Assembly (NCBI GenBank): GCA_030141605.1
Contig: JAQGDQ010000574.1
Coordinates: forward strand, 62,001-126,000
Reading direction: 5' to 3'
Source: Tubiluchus corallicola
Taxonomy: Eukaryota; Animalia; Priapulida
DNA length: 64,000 nucleotides
The notes below the pieces were generated by a model, which worked only from the letters and a program-made list of their open reading frames with translations, did no database searches and was not told the origin of the DNA. Below, piece by piece: positions 1 to 14,036 of the stretch. Position 1 is the first letter of the stretch. Each line of letters opens with the position of its first letter. The position numbers and the translations under genes are program-made.

Positions 1-572
1 TGTCTGGTACACTCAACCTTTCAGTTTTTCACGATCATCATCAATCGTTGGAACCGTGAAAAGGCTTATCATTCTTCATGTTCATTTGCATCCTGGTTTG
101 GAAGATAAGTGTCACAGAAAATAAATCATTTGTAAATAAAATACTTTGCTGAAATCAACCATCGATTAAAGTTATTATGTTAAGATTTCCCCGCACATTT
201 GAAATTATTATTTGTGGGATTCGTTTCTATTCCAGATCAATATTAAAGAACTCCTGCATGTTAAGAAAAATGTCCATTCACAATAAACTAACTAAACGAT
301 ACTTATGCCATTTGCTAAAATCGCCTAGTTCAACCTGCTGTTACCGACTAGAAAGCTGCAGTGTCAGCAAATGATTGCCCCACTATACATGTGAACCATC
401 CGAATGCTTCTGTTTTGAAACATTTTATTGAGATTGACGAAAATACAGAAATGCAGCTTGATAAATTGTGCCACAAATAGAGCAAACGAATGAATCTCAT
501 GTTCCTGTACATTTTGATTCTTTTCAAATTGTTTTATGTTTTCCGTTCATTTTTGACGCTTAAACTATTCAA

Positions 573-1282
573 CTCCTTCAGGACCGCATCATTCATAACA
601 GATCTTATGACCTATGACTTTTCTGCTACTGTATGAGTGCAGACATAACTAAATGATAACAAATTAGGTACTGTTCTATGCAGGAGAATCTCCGTTATCC
701 AATCATGCTATTTGTTTAAACATTTATAAGTGATTTAATTGGATAAGATTAAGAAAAACACGCCCTTTTCAAGCACTTGAACTTAGCCTATTGAGTAGCT
801 TAGTCTGGTGTACACTTACGTGATTGTACACACTATTATTGATCGCCTTCTGGCTGCAGCTAAAGAGAACTGTGTGCTGTAGAGAATTCCAGAAAAAGCT
901 AACCGATCAGTTAAGGACAAATTAAAGTTGTTTCATCTTTTAACAGGAATTTATCCTTAAAATAGAGTAGACTTGAGGCTAAAGTTTATCAGAGTGTTGT
1001 GTGTGGATAGTTGAAATTTTATGCATTAGCTGATTTCACGCAAGTGATACTGTACATTGTTACAGTGCAAACACTGCAGTTACTGAAAGATTTTTTTTCA
1101 ATTTTTTTTTGTCAAAAATCGAATTTTTATTGTCTAAGGTAAGCATTTCACATATAATTTTGCATGAAAATCCAAAACAGAAACCTACAAAAATTATCAA
1201 ATGTAAAATAATCACTGCTTAGTGAGAGCAGTTTCTCATGAACCCATGCAAAATGCAGCAAACGTTTACGGTCCTGAAGGAA
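573..1282. mobile_element. Non-autonomous DNA transposon with TTAA-type target (piggyBac-like), family P, full copy
   Basis: TIRs CTCCTTCAGGACCG / CGGTCCTGAAGGAA with TCAA/TTAA flanks; homologous copies at 22722, 27313, 32033 and a fragment at 7215-7330. Confidence 0.75.
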
Positions 1283-1424
1283 TTAATGAACGCAAAATGT
1301 TCTGTTAAAAAATAAATCAGTTAATGAGATAAATAAAAATTTACCATACTTTCTTGGTTTGAAGACTAAATGGTGACTCAAGGAAATCTCAAAAGTTTAT
1401 AAGTCAATAGTTTTTTTTCACTAA

Positions 1425-2099
1425 TTAACCTTGCCAGAAAGTTGGTATGTCATCACCTGTTATCACTTTGCGCTCAACTCCTGCCTCAGTTATAGCAGCT
1501 AATCTAATAACGCCACCGCTGGATCCATCACGAAACATCGCCAAAGCCAACGCGTTAGTCACAAAGTCTAAACATTCTTGTTTTGCCATATTTGGCTTGA
1601 ACTTTGCATCGACGAAGCCGTATATGTAAGTGCTACCCGATCCGGCAACGGCGAATGGCTGTTGCACACACATGCCCCCTAGCGGGATGGAGAAAACCTG
1701 CCCACCGTGTTTCTTGTCCCATCCGGCGCATATAATCCCGGCGGTCAGCTGATCGCGATAATTATAACACAGTTCTCTGAATAAGCTAGCGGCCGTTTTT
1801 ACTTCCGGAGGTTCTTGCATTTCAGACTGCAAGAAGTCTAGATGATAAGCTACGATATCAGCTATGGCCTGCGTGTCGGCAGCTGACCCTGATCTGCAGC
1901 AGTAGATTCGATCGGTTATCCTCGTCAGCTTGTCTGAGACTCGGTTAGCTATATACGCGCCCGTCGTAGTTCTGGAATCTGCACCGATGACAACTCCTCC
2001 GTCGAACTGAACTGCCATGATTGAAGTGCCGGTTGATACTTCCGCACACGGGTCAGTTCCGCTTACTGAACATCTATAACCAAGTGTGGACAGCGCCAT
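1425..2099 (-). CDS. PSMB6: Proteasome subunit beta type-6 (beta1), intronless CDS
   Basis: 224-aa ORF with propeptide junction EVSTG|[23 protein letters not shown] (catalytic Thr1), [20 protein letters not shown] and [10 protein letters not shown], all typical of beta1. Confidence 0.96.
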   Translation of the reverse strand: MALSTLGYRCSVSGTDPCAEVSTGTSIMAVQFDGGVVIGADSRTTTGAYIANRVSDKLTRITDRIYCCRSGSAADTQAIADIVAYHLDFLQSEMQEPPEVKTAASLFRELCYNYRDQLTAGIICAGWDKKHGGQVFSIPLGGMCVQQPFAVAGSGSTYIYGFVDAKFKPNMAKQECLDFVTNALALAMFRDGSSGGVIRLAAITEAGVERKVITGDDIPTFWQG

Positions 2100-2166
2100 T
2101 ACAATGCTCTCACAAAACTAAAAGTATAAAATATCATGATTAATTTTTTTTTGTTATTCACTAGTG

Positions 2167-2611
2167 CAGGGATGAGAATGAGAAATTGCAAAAAACTCTG
2201 CAACAGGCTGGGGACTGCAGAGACCACAGAGAACCTCTAAGTCGACTTAAAATATCAGTTACCTTGTTTCATGCATAATTTAAAATATCCAACTATCAAG
2301 GATACATGATACGTAATTGTCTCAAAAACGCCCAAGTACTGGCCGCTCCTATGCAAAAGTTATAAAAACTGTCTGCAATTGACTCAAATAACTCCGCACA
2401 ATTGATTGTACATTTTTATACATAGAGATATACACACGTGGTTACAGTGATGTAAACAAAGTGACGGCCTGCCAACTAGCAGTCAGCTTGTGAAATAATG
2501 CACTGGGTCCGTAAAAATTTTCTCAACGAATTTACACGATTTACAAAAATGGCACAACTGATCTTCCAAAAACTCGGAATTGCTCGTATCCGCGAAAAAT
2601 TCTCATCCCTG
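2167..2611. mobile_element. MITE with CAGGGATGAGAAT TIRs (hAT-like)
   Basis: TIR CAGGGATGAGAAT / ATTCTCATCCCTG with flanking CTAGTG on both sides; internal similarity to 9610-9890 and 50325-50600. Confidence 0.65.
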
Positions 2612-4359
2612 CTAGTGTGTACATAACATTAGAGCATCACTAGTAAATTTACCGTAAACATTGCAAAACAAATTATTTTGTAGAGCTGGATAATTTTTAT
2701 TCACTCCATGGCTACAGTATCAATGAATACAATAATATCCAATGGCCATAGGCCTGAATTACCTACTAAATTGCATTAATGCATTGTTACATAATTACGA
2801 CCAACTACACCAGTTAAGAAACTAAAATCTCCATAATCAGTGGACTCATTGTTGTAATATCCAGTGTTTTACTTTTTTTTATAAAAAAAGGGGAGAAATA
2901 CTGTCAGTGGTGAATAGCTTTAATTTCATTCCCATGCCTTAATTTCAATTACATATGAGTACATATGTCAAGATTAATAAATCCTTACAATGTTTAATAT
3001 ATCAGGTCACAAAATTTCATTTTATGTATGCAATGTTAATAGGTAAGGGTCACACAAGCTCATCAAAGTTATCCATTGATCAGTATTTGTAAGGACAAAA
3101 AAACAAAAATTTCAAGTGCGCAAACAGTTCCCCCTCGGAAATTTCAGCACAGCTTTTTATAGCTCCCCAGGATATCTGAAAAGCCTGAAAGGCGATGGAA
3201 GGCACTACTCTAGGTAGCGAAGCTGTATAGCGCTAACGTCCCACTTACTGTGTCTGCAAATATGGAAATGTACGACAGTCAAAATTTACGCTTACCGAAC
3301 GTAATTAAATTTAATTCACTGTTCACATTAACCGCTCTAGCTCTTTTTTTAAATGGCTTAATAAGTAACAAGCCGAGCCACGCGTATCTTTATCAAGTGT
3401 TCAAACTTGAATTACTAAGCAAATTTAGGGTAGCCCAAAAACAGTCTAACGCAGCAATGCGAGAAATCTCTGGATCGGAAAACCTTGTGGATAAAATTTG
3501 ATTGATTTTCAGTTCTCTTTCCGACGTAAACTCAGCTACTATAGAAAATATTCCTATTGCGCTAATTGTTAAACAAACTAAAGCATATTTATTAAAACAT
3601 TGGTTAATATAGTTTTACAGTATTTATGTTGGCATACTAAAAAACCCAGTGAATATAGTAAAAATAATACTGCCATAAGGTCTGTAGTTTTTTTTATTTT
3701 CTAAAACTATCTTGTGTAATTGGAGTGCAAAATCACTAGTAAAGATGATATGCAGGCTTTTGTTGCACGTTACGGTAGGATTATCTGTCCAAATATCTTA
3801 TTTTAACGAAGCAGTTTTTCCCAGCTAAACAATAATGTTGGCTGGTGAAGTGTACTCTATATGGTCTAATACCGTAACCTAGCTACATAAATACATATTA
3901 TATCTGCATGTTTTTTAATCAGTAAAATAAATATTCCTTCACTTCTCGGTTCTTTTCTTCACTTCATTTCGAATTCTCTTCAATTCCATTCTATTGCCTT
4001 GCCTTTTGTTCTCTTCTCTTCTTTTCTCCTTTCTTCCAAGACAGTTAATAAAAAACAAAGACAACATTTATTTACTCTATCATTTAACAGACAACATTCA
4101 GCACTAACATTCAATACAGGTAAGGAATCAACAAACAACATACGGGGTATATGCCCTGATGATGATAGCTGCTGTCTCGAATTAAAGACTGTGCTTGCTT
4201 GAAGTCCAAAAGCTGCATGGACTGCTCAGCCAACCAGCTCAGGACAAACTTTCCTTAATGTCCTCTCACCTTCCATTTTCTTTTCTGTTTTCTAATCTTT
4301 TTTATACTAAAATAAATAGTAATCAATCAATCTGATCTCTTCTTGGCTCAGCACAAACA

Positions 4360-4535
4360 AGGTGCATGTTTACCTTAATTGTTTATAGTTTACTGCTTTG
4401 TTATTCTTTAATTTTGTCGCCAATTTTATTTCATTTATTGAAATAATATTTAGTGCGCTGTTTGCTGCGCTTGTGTGTATTTACTTTTGTTTTTTATATT
4501 TTCAACAAGGTGAAGGTACGCGTTGCCGTGTGTAC
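4360..4535. repeat. ~175-bp direct duplication, second copy at 5748-5924
   Basis: AAGGTGCATGTTTACCTTAATTG...AACAAGGTGAAGGTA...GTTGCCGTGTGTACC occurs twice with few differences. Confidence 0.85.
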
Positions 4536-5090
4536 CTCTCAAACCACCTCGCCTCGTTTCTGCTCACCTTATTTCATTTGAAACTTCCCAATGCAAGTGC
4601 AGGTACTTATTATTTTATAATTGGAATTTTGGCTGAAGTTACAAGATGGTGGACAATAAAGAAAACTGCACCCAAACCGTCATGTGGTCCTTAACTATGT
4701 CGATCGTTACTGACGTCAACACATAGTCAGAGCAGCCCCAATGCCGATGAATGCATTTTGAGATGCTGGGAGTGCTTTATTGGCAAATTTGGCATCGCTA
4801 TATATATATATATATATATATATTCTTGTATGTAGGTAACAACAATAAGCATGTGTCTATAATATAGTAGCTAGACGAGCAAGAAGATTAACTGAACCTG
4901 AAGCAATGATATGTGTAAGCTTGGGTGTCACATTTTCTTGCATAAATAAATACACTGTGTTAATATAAAACCTACGAAATTATGATGTGAGATCAACTTG
5001 TTGTTGATAATGTGTTGATACCATAAGTATACCCCTGCAGTCATTAGTACAAATGGCCCTGTTGGACTGTGCACTAGAGGAGGAAATCTC

Positions 5091-5200
5091 AGGCTACGTT
5101 GATTGGTAGCTCAGCTGACACGAACATGGGAGTACTAATGCTAGGCCAGGGTTCAGATCCTGACTAGCCTATAACTTTCCAACTTCTCCTTTCTTCAATT
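5091..5200 (+). mobile_element. Degenerate tRNA-like SINE head
   Basis: TAGCTCAGCTG (A box) and GGTTCAGATCC (B box) at tRNA-like spacing; no clean cloverleaf. Confidence 0.35.
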
Positions 5201-6446
5201 TATTACCCGCAGTGAGCAGCAATTATTGTTAAAATAAACCACAATGGTTTATAAGCTATGGGAATCACTGCCATTATTAATTAAGTAATGTTATGTTGTG
5301 AGATATGTTCTGCACTCCTCTTGATGTGATATGTTAATGAAATTGTAAACTCATGCTGTGAAATTATTATGTTAATTTCAATAAACTTTCATCATACTTA
5401 TGTCACTATGTTAATACGATGTTTCTGGAGTCCACTACATATAGCCTTCATGTGCCAATGTGCCATGCTTTTTGTGTAGGGGAAAGACATACGATAACTA
5501 AAGGTAACTAACTTAACTACTTTAGGTAATGAAATATGTACAGTATATTTAGTCACATGTTTTGTACAAACTGCAATTTCACTGTCTTTGCTGGTACTAC
5601 TGGTATGCAAAAAGTTGCTCTTGTTATAATGGCAACCACTGTCTTGTCAATGTCAATCGGTCAGATTTGTGACTAGGCACTGTAGAAATTCGAATTCATC
5701 CCTTCTCATATATTAAACGTGTAAAAGATATTCCATACTGCCAAATAAGGTGCATGTTTACCTTAATTGCTTATAGTTTACTGCCTTGTTATTCTTTAAT
5801 TTTGTCGCCAATTTTATTTCATTTACTGAAATAATATTTAGTGCGGTGTTTGCTGGGCTTGTGTGCATTTACATTTGTTTTTATATTTTTAACAAGGTGA
5901 AGGTAGGCCGTTGCCGTGTGTACCATTGTCGAATTACTTAATACATCATGTTATAAATAAGTAACAGTAATATCAACTTACTGTCAGTGAACACGAATTA
6001 ATTTTTTATCACGGAATTCTTTAATTGCAAGTCGTTAGAATTTTATAAATTATTTTTTATTTTATTAAAAGGGTAAAATTTAAAAGTACTAAACCGTATA
6101 TTTCTAATCTACGGTAACACTAATAATAAAGTTAAAAAAATATAAAAAGTTTTATAAACCATGTAATATTGATAGTATCAATGGATGGGGATGGAAAGCT
6201 GCCAGTGTTCAAATGCCAAAAACCTGTTACTTTAATAATTATGTAAAATGATGGTTAGGTCATAACATTAGGTCATAAATATGTGAGCTGCTAAGCTATG
6301 TCGTGCAGTTTTTGTCCTGGTTTTCGGGTAAAAAAAATATTATTAGCCTTATTTTAGGTATGTTAGCAAATATAATTATTAATTCAGTTAAATCACGCAT
6401 TCCAGGACTACCAGTGGCGTTTCTTCTGCAGACGAATCCTGTAACA

Positions 6447-6968
6447 ATGACAACTTTGCGCTTATTCACCTGTGATGACATTTTCAAATTCAACAACGTT
6501 AACTTGGATCCACTTACGGAAACGTACGGCTTGTCTTTTTACATGCAGTATCTCGCACACTGGCCAGAATACTTTCAAGTCGCGGAAGGTCCAAATGGTC
6601 GCATGATGGGCTACATCATGGGCAAAGCGGAAGGGCACGGAAAGAAATGGCACGGGCACGTGACGGCGTTGACCGTCGCCCCAGAGTATCGTAGGCTGGG
6701 CCTAGCTGCCAGTCTAATGTCTGTACTCGAACAGATTTCAGAGAAGAAGAGAGCGTATTTTGTTGATCTGTTTGTGCGCGTGTCTAACGTTGTTGCTACG
6801 GAAATGTACACAAACTTGGGTTATACAGTGTACCGTCGTGTGCTGGACTATTACAGCGGTGACCCAGATGAAGATGCATTTGATATGAGGAAAGCTCTAC
6901 CCATGGATGTAGAGAAACAATCAATAGTGCCGTTACAGCATGCGGTCAGGCCAGAAGATATTGAATGA
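6447..6968 (+). CDS. NAA20: N-alpha-acetyltransferase 20 (NatB catalytic subunit), intronless CDS
   Basis: MTTLRLFTCDD...NLDPLTETY...WHGHVTALTVAPEYRRLGLA...FVDLFVRVSN...DEDAFDMRKAL. The likely start is the ATG at 6447 (173 aa); the ORF-track extension from 6303 begins at GTG and looks non-homologous. Confidence 0.95.
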   Translation: MTTLRLFTCDDIFKFNNVNLDPLTETYGLSFYMQYLAHWPEYFQVAEGPNGRMMGYIMGKAEGHGKKWHGHVTALTVAPEYRRLGLAASLMSVLEQISEKKRAYFVDLFVRVSNVVATEMYTNLGYTVYRRVLDYYSGDPDEDAFDMRKALPMDVEKQSIVPLQHAVRPEDIE

Positions 6969-8158
6969 CAAAGTGAATGAACTAGGTATCAACTACTGTA
7001 TGACAGCATTACAGCGAACATAGTTTACTGCGAACACATGGATAATCATAAAAAAGAACGAACTTTTAGATTTTATTTAATTAGTATAATTGCTTTGAAT
7101 ACAGCGTACTTTGTTATTGTGTATTGCGGTCTTTTGTCTGCCGCTTTGCTGACATTACTATGTATTTGTAACTTTTTTTGGGTACTGTAACTTTTATGGG
7201 TACTTTATTATGCGAGTGGTAGAAACCTACAAAAATTATCCAATATAACATAATCACTGCTTAGTAAGAGCAGTTTTTCATGAACCCGTGCAAAATGGAA
7301 GAAACCCTTACAGTCCTGGAGGATTTAAAAACAGCTATCTTTGCAGCATGTACAAACTCAGTTTTAAAGCAAGAAAGGTTTACCGTGAACTTTCTAAAGT
7401 TAGAGCACATGTGACGTAAATTGCCTAAGTATAAGTCATGAAACATGAGTAAGTCACAAAATTTGGCATATGACATATAATTTTGAAGTACAATCTGACG
7501 AAATCTCATGCAGCCCTGCAAGCAATGAGGTAATAAATATCATCGAATATAATCTGAAGTTCTTGAAAAGTATTAGTGGCTTGAAATATACCTCTGCTGA
7601 GCTCATCGTTACGCACTGGGGTTTAGTGTGGCTAGAACGAATTAATATATTGGTGTGGAATAAAAATGTGATGTTAGTGATGCTGATGTTGCGATAGAAA
7701 ATGCTTTAAGACCACAAAAACCAATCTGTTTCACATCGGATTAACTATTTATAACATTTTAAAGCATGAAAAAGTTCAATGTAGCAGCAAATTTTTAACA
7801 CATTACTTATCTATTTAAGTTTTATTAATTTGAACATTTAACACGTATGTTTGCAAGTGTTAAGCTTTGTGTCTGTTTAAATCTATAATGCCAGTGATAT
7901 ATTATTACTAATTAACGCACATAATCCGCATAACAGCCATCGTTCGACCCACTGAATTTAGAATTCGTCACCTTGCGTGGCTCAGTCTCTTTTCAGAAAC
8001 CAAAGAATATTTATGACCGCTCACTCTGGCTTGACCGAGATTATTTTAGAATATTTCAAAATGAACTATCACATGTAATTTATGACGTTTGTTAACAGCG
8101 GATTTGATTAGTCTGCTTTTTGTATTGGTATTGTCTCTTTGCATTAGCTTCATAAGTA

Positions 8159-8622
8159 CAGTCATACGTCGATTTTCAAGCATAATTCATTCCTATAAAG
8201 TGTTTGAAAACCAATTTGGTTGAGTACCGAATCATTTATTCCCATAAGAAATAACGTAAAAGCAAATAATCCGTTCTCAAGCACCAGATGAACTGTAAAG
8301 GATTACTAAAATGAAAATGTTAAAATGTTTATCTAAACAGTAGATATGATATAACTGATAAGAAAAACATAAATGCATGAAAAACCTTACGTGTTGGTAG
8401 CAGTATGATGGCATACGTAAGCAAGAGTAGAAACACGTGCGTGACTACTCTCGGGCGCACTCAGTTATGCTCGGCTCTACTCGGCTCGCCGCGCATCACG
8501 TGTTTGGCGGTTAGTCGAGTACCAAAATTTTGGTCGAGAACGGAGACAATTTCAGCTCGAATTTTCTGGTCAAAAACCTATTTATACGAATACGGAAATG
8601 GTCGACAACCGAGGTATGACTG
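8159..8622. mobile_element. Tc1/mariner (Tigger/pogo-like) MITE
   Basis: TA-CAGTCATACGTCG ... CGAGGTATGACTG-TA; homologous inverted copy at 47160-47644. Confidence 0.75.
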
Positions 8623-9013
8623 TATCAGCAAATAACCTATCCCTGGTTTCTTGAAAAATAAATTTCTTCACTGAAACGATGTACTACTGGTTCCTACCGG
8701 TCATAACTTTACAAAACTGTTATCACCTTGTGGTCTGTACTGGCATACAACGTTTTTCCGAAAGTGAATAATAGTCCATAGTATTTCTCTTTGTCACAAT
8801 GTAAATCAGTGCACGACCGTTTAGCATTGTTCAGTGACAATGCAATTGTATTCTCATAGATAAATGCCTTCTACATTTCACATTTACTAAAATGCAACTG
8901 TTATGTAATGACGAGAATACGTAAAACAACTGTTTCACGTTGGAACATGATGTTCTGCACGTGTAGAAGGGCAGTTCAAGTTGCAACAGGAGGGCATGTT
9001 CCACTTGCCAGTG

Positions 9014-12000
9014 TTACGGTGTCTCTCCTGTAGGTGGCCGAATGTGATCAGCTAACTTTTGAACTTCATGCTGAAACAATGAAAATAAATGCTAGTCTAC
9101 TGCCATAAAAATACATACAAAGACAACAGAGAAAAAATTCAAAATTAAAGAACCATTTTATGATTACAAAGCTAAAAGCTTGTATAACTTCAACAGACAT
9201 TTGAGTTTTTTACACATTACGATTACACAAAGAATTCATAATTATTATTTATTTAAATAATTGTTATTTAACAAAAGAAACTTACCAATTAAATAACTTA
9301 CCCTTTTCTAGCAAATTTCAAATGCCTACATTATCGTAAAGAAAGCCCCTATTGTATACTAAGCTAATACAGTAGGCAACCTGTACTAGAATCATTGTGA
9401 CGTAGAATCAATTGTCTAATTATCTTAGAAACGTCTAGTACGGATCGCTGCTGTGCAAAAGTATGTAAAAACTGCCAGCAATTGGCTCCAGTAACTCAGC
9501 ATAATGGAGATTTACTGAAATTTACTGTTGATGGTGCGAATTGCAACAGGATAGAAAGAATTTAAAGTTGTTGTATTTACGGATACTAAGCTGATACAAA
9601 ACACGTCGTGTATCTGAAATGTTTACTGCGGGCCACTCCTATGCGAAAGTATTAAAAACTGTCGACAATAACGCCATATTGACTATATTTTTTCTGCACG
9701 AGCTTAAATACGATACTTTTGTGTGACCAATGAGCTTTTCCTATTTTTATGTCGTCTTACTTCGGTTTTGTGCACTATGATAAAGTAGAAACAATCACGT
9801 TAATTACAGTTGTTACACGCTGCTTGGTTATATTGATGTAATGATGTAAACAAAGTGACTACCAACTAGCGGTCAGCTCGCGAAATAATGGACTGTGTCC
9901 ATGATATGCGGGACTTTAACAGTCCCGATTGTGTCCGATTCTTTCCATTTCCATAGAAGTGAGATCCGGCAAACCGAGATGTAAACGATAAAGTGACATA
10001 ACGGATGTTGATTACTATCGATTCTTACATGTGTGCACTTCATTGACACTCCTTCCGGAAGATTCCTCTGGATGTATTCGAGAAATGTACTTGCTGTTGA
10101 TCCAGTGAGGTGTTGCAACTAAAAATAGGAAGCAAGCTCTCTCTATTACTCTTGCATTGTTAATTAGTTAAAGCTGAACATAAGTGCATTACAAATCGGT
10201 AAAGATGTATAAGTAAACAGGTGATAAGTAGAATCTACTGCCACATATATGACTCAGTAGGCGTTGTTTATTAGAGTCACGGTTAATGGAATCAGTCGCT
10301 TAATTGACTCAAAAACCTCTGGTACAGGCCACTCCTATTCAAATCTGTTTAACGGTTAAATGATTTCGGTTTGGTTACATGTCAGTATCAGTTTCCGTGT
10401 TTGTCAATTTCGGTTTCCGTTTCTAATTTCAGTTTTGGTAACACCCCTGGCCTTCGACGTACGGTGCGATGAACGTGGAAAAAACTCACCTCAACAATTC
10501 GAAAATGTGTTCTAATCTCGTACTGAACTCGATGTTTTTTATGCACATGAGCTGATTTTAGTAAAGTTCTTCTGTAAATATGTTTTGGCGGCTCGTATCT
10601 GAAAAAACGATACAAATTATTAGCACATTAAAGCAAAAGCCAATCTTAGACTGTAGGCCAAAACAATCTACTCTTTAAAATGTTGAATGAAAACATACTA
10701 TTTTTTTCAGAAATGACTTACGTCATTACCACACAAACACAATTTTACGTTCGCGCCACTAGTTCTTCGCTGTTACATGCATGTCCCCATTTTCTAGTTA
10801 GACGGGCACTAGCGCCTACATATAGGAAACGCATCGCACAAATAACAGGTGCTGTGCTTCTCAGTTCAGATGTGTTAGTTTGTGATGAACTACACACGTT
10901 CGACAGCTCATGTGTGAGCACTGGAATAAATTTGAAATTTGATTTTTTATCTTAAAACTTGCCTAATTTTAATACAAACACTGAATATTTTACAGGAGCA
11001 CCGTACTTCAATTTTCGCATTTGCAAACACGTGCAACACGCTTGTAGAATCTTCTTGCTGTTGAAAATTATGTTAGTTTGTGATGTCATCAATAGTTGGG
11101 ACTCGCCCACCATTAATTTAATCTGTTATTTAACTAACTGAAACGCTTTTGCAGTATTAATTGTGTTAAAATGTATACTTTTTATTGGAGTTGAAAAAGG
11201 GGCAGTGTATGAAAATCATCATGTCTTCCTTTAACAATTTTCTAAATTTTGCAAAAAGTCACAAAAATGCATTGTAAAGGATGACGCCTCGGAAGAAACA
11301 GTAATGGTCAGCCTCTTCATCGGCCATAATTACTACATTCTCATTAGCAAACAGTCAGACAAGCTAACAGAGTGTGGAATAAATCAGGGGTGTGCAAATT
11401 GCGGCCCGCGGGCCACTTGCGGTCCGCCGAGAGAATTTGTGCGACCCGCGAAGACATTTGTTAACCTAATGAAAGTGCGGCCCGGGTGATTAATTGAGTG
11501 TATCCAGTTGAAGTTTGTGCCATGATCCCAAAGATAGTGCGGGTAGTTTTTTCTACTAGATCGGATGCTATTAACCCTTACAAGACGGTTGTAGCTTAAT
11601 GTCACTGTACTACACAGACTGTGTGATACACACTACTAATATGCATTGTAATGAAATTACCACTATCTGTCCTGAAAGTAGAAATATATGGTTTGTAATA
11701 TAAATTTTAATAACTTCTAAAATAGTTTCTTGAGTGTAGTCGTAATGATGTACTCAGGTCGGATGCAAAAAAAATCGTTATTAGGCCTTTCTGTACTTGG
11801 CACCTTGATCAAACTGCCTGTGGCCCGCAGGAATTGTGGGAAAGTTTAATGTGGCCCGGCTAGTCAGATAATTTGCACACCCCCGGGAATAAATAACACA
11901 TTATATATATTCACATGTTTGAGATGGTTATGTTGAGTTCATTGGCAGCCAACTGTATGAACCGTTCATAGCTGTTCAATACGGGTCTATCGTGTCCTCT

Positions 12001-13413
12001 CATCTCCAATTCTATCATTTCATACAGCTTGTCTGGTTCATTCTGCTGAACCTGCAAGTATATTTCAATAATTAATATGATGTCACGAAAAATGGGCTCT
12101 ACATCATATGACGTCAGCAACTAACACGGCAGTTCATGATCATGCTTATCATGGTACCACCTTCTATTTATCAGCGACACGAATGTGACAAAAAGGCGGT
12201 GCTGCCAATCTTAGTAGATTCACAGAGCTGCACGTAGGTTTGAAAATTTAACAAAATTTGAGTATCCAAGGTAATTATTATTTAATCTAAGCTTTGATTT
12301 AAAATAAGCTATTGTAGTTTTCAATATTTGAGAGCATTCTTTATTCTGAACTAATGTTTACACAATCATAAGGTTTTCCTTTAAATGTTTCTGTGGCTTT
12401 ACACTAGACACAAGTTTGGATTGATTTTGAACAGGCCTACAGCACAATAGAATTACATGCCGTGCAGAACGTAGCCAAAGCTCCATGATGCTTCTAGTAA
12501 AATTCCAGTCGTGAAACTAATTAAATCGCAACACGTCGAAAAAGGTATCATCTTTCCACACACACTGCCACAGATATCTAGTAAGTATTATCACAAAATT
12601 GGTAAAATCTATAACAGTTAGTCAGTGATTACCTGACTGTCCGTTGAATAGAAGTTCAATGAAGAACATCGTAAACCACGCCACCTATAAATGAACATAA
12701 ACATTATTAGTGTCATAGCTGCAGTTGAGATTATTGTCTAATGTGTCCTGTTATTTATATGATTTAACTAAAGCATAAGAAAACCCTCCACTTACATATT
12801 GCCTTATTGCATACAGAGCCTGTGCCGGTTGTAACGTTGTATAAAAGTCGTAAATTTAAGCTCTCGCAATCACTGTCAGATGCAGCCGCTTTGTTGGTTG
12901 GTCGTCTGATACAAGTTTACGTAATGTTACATGCAGTTTAAACAAAAAATAATCAGAGCATTCGTAGTGCACATCTTACTAAGTAAAATTTCAAATTGCT
13001 TCTTTATAAACCAACATCTTCCTGAAGAAATGAGCCAGAAGCAACAGACCTTGCACAAATTTTTGTAAAGTCTAGTGTAATTTGTAAAAAAAAACAGATG
13101 TGTGTAATTTTTTTTTCTTAATTATTAGTTCATTTATATAAACTAGTATTCTTAAATAATTGCACATAGGAACCTTGACATTAATTTGTTTCTAAATTCA
13201 TTCTAAGCATTTGGAATCAACACTAAGTGATGATGAGTGATCAATGATGACTGATGATTAGTAGTAACAACTATCGCATAACAGATTCACTCGGTTAATT
13301 GGGTCAAAACACTTTTGTCCAAAGTGTGTCTATTAAGCAGTGCCCACTATATTACTCATTGATTTTGTACCCCTAGCACACGGTTACGCCCTCTATGTGA
13401 CAGATATTACATC

Positions 13414-13453
<40 letters not shown>

Positions 13454-13969
13454 TAATAATAATAATAATAATCTTTATTTAAAGTCGGCTTTTGGGTCAA
13501 CAATTAACATTAGCTGAAAGAGCTATTATCGCCGACTGTAAATAACAACCTACAACTACATAACAGAGACCATTATTACCCCACTTTTACCCTAAATACG
13601 ATGCATCAGGCAGGGCAACAGCAGGTACCATTTTTAAAGTCTTTGGTATGGCCTGGCTCCTGGTTCGAACTCACGACCTCCCAGGCGGAAAGCAAATGTG
13701 TTACCACTAAACTAAACCGTCTGCTTAAATGTATTATATCTGTCTGTTTAGGAGAAAAATGATAAGCATCTTACCTATGCTTGTTAAAGCAAGTTCCATT
13801 GGGGATGCTTTGAGCTCTGAACACCAGTAACTTCAGGTTGGAATCCAAAAACTGAAATATAATTGATTTTATAAGGAATGAAATTTAAAAATAACGAATT
13901 TAAAAAAGCTGTTTGCGGCATTATATTTGCACGGCTTCGACGGCCATCTTTATCACCATGCACTGCCAT
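9014..13969 (-). CDS. MRPS10: Mitochondrial ribosomal protein S10 (uS10m), spliced
   Basis: GT-AG exons read in phase: 13775-13851, 12633-12684, 11915-12051 ([24 protein letters not shown]), 10490-10598 (YEPPKH...[12 protein letters not shown]), 10029-10118 ([22 protein letters not shown]), 9014-9070 (stop). The first exon and ATG near 13930-13969 are uncertain. Confidence 0.88.
11385..11885. mobile_element. hAT-like MITE
   Basis: TIR CAGGGGTGTGCAAATT / AATTTGCACACCCCCG, GGCCC-rich subterminal motifs, 8-9 bp flanking duplication (G)GAATAAAT. Confidence 0.8.
13415..13720 (-). mobile_element. tRNA-derived SINE, MetaSINE-like
   Basis: Minus strand: A-box-like TAGTTTAGTGG, B-box GAGTTCGAACC, Meta-like core CATACCAAAGACTTTAAAAATGGTACCTGCTG, AATAAA and a (TTA)n tail. 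Confidence 0.7.
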
Positions 13970-14036
13970 CTTGAAATGTTGCACACTTGCAGCTCTGTTA
14001 TCTACCACAGGCATCCATCTCTGGAATCTACAAGTG

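Noticed and set aside
4153-4186. CTGATGA...TCGAATT hammerhead-like motif
   Set aside because: The GAAA core and stem III are missing
6303-6446. N-terminal extension of NAA20 shown in the ORF track
   Set aside because: It starts at GTG, is AT-rich and non-homologous; the conserved start is MTTLR at 6447
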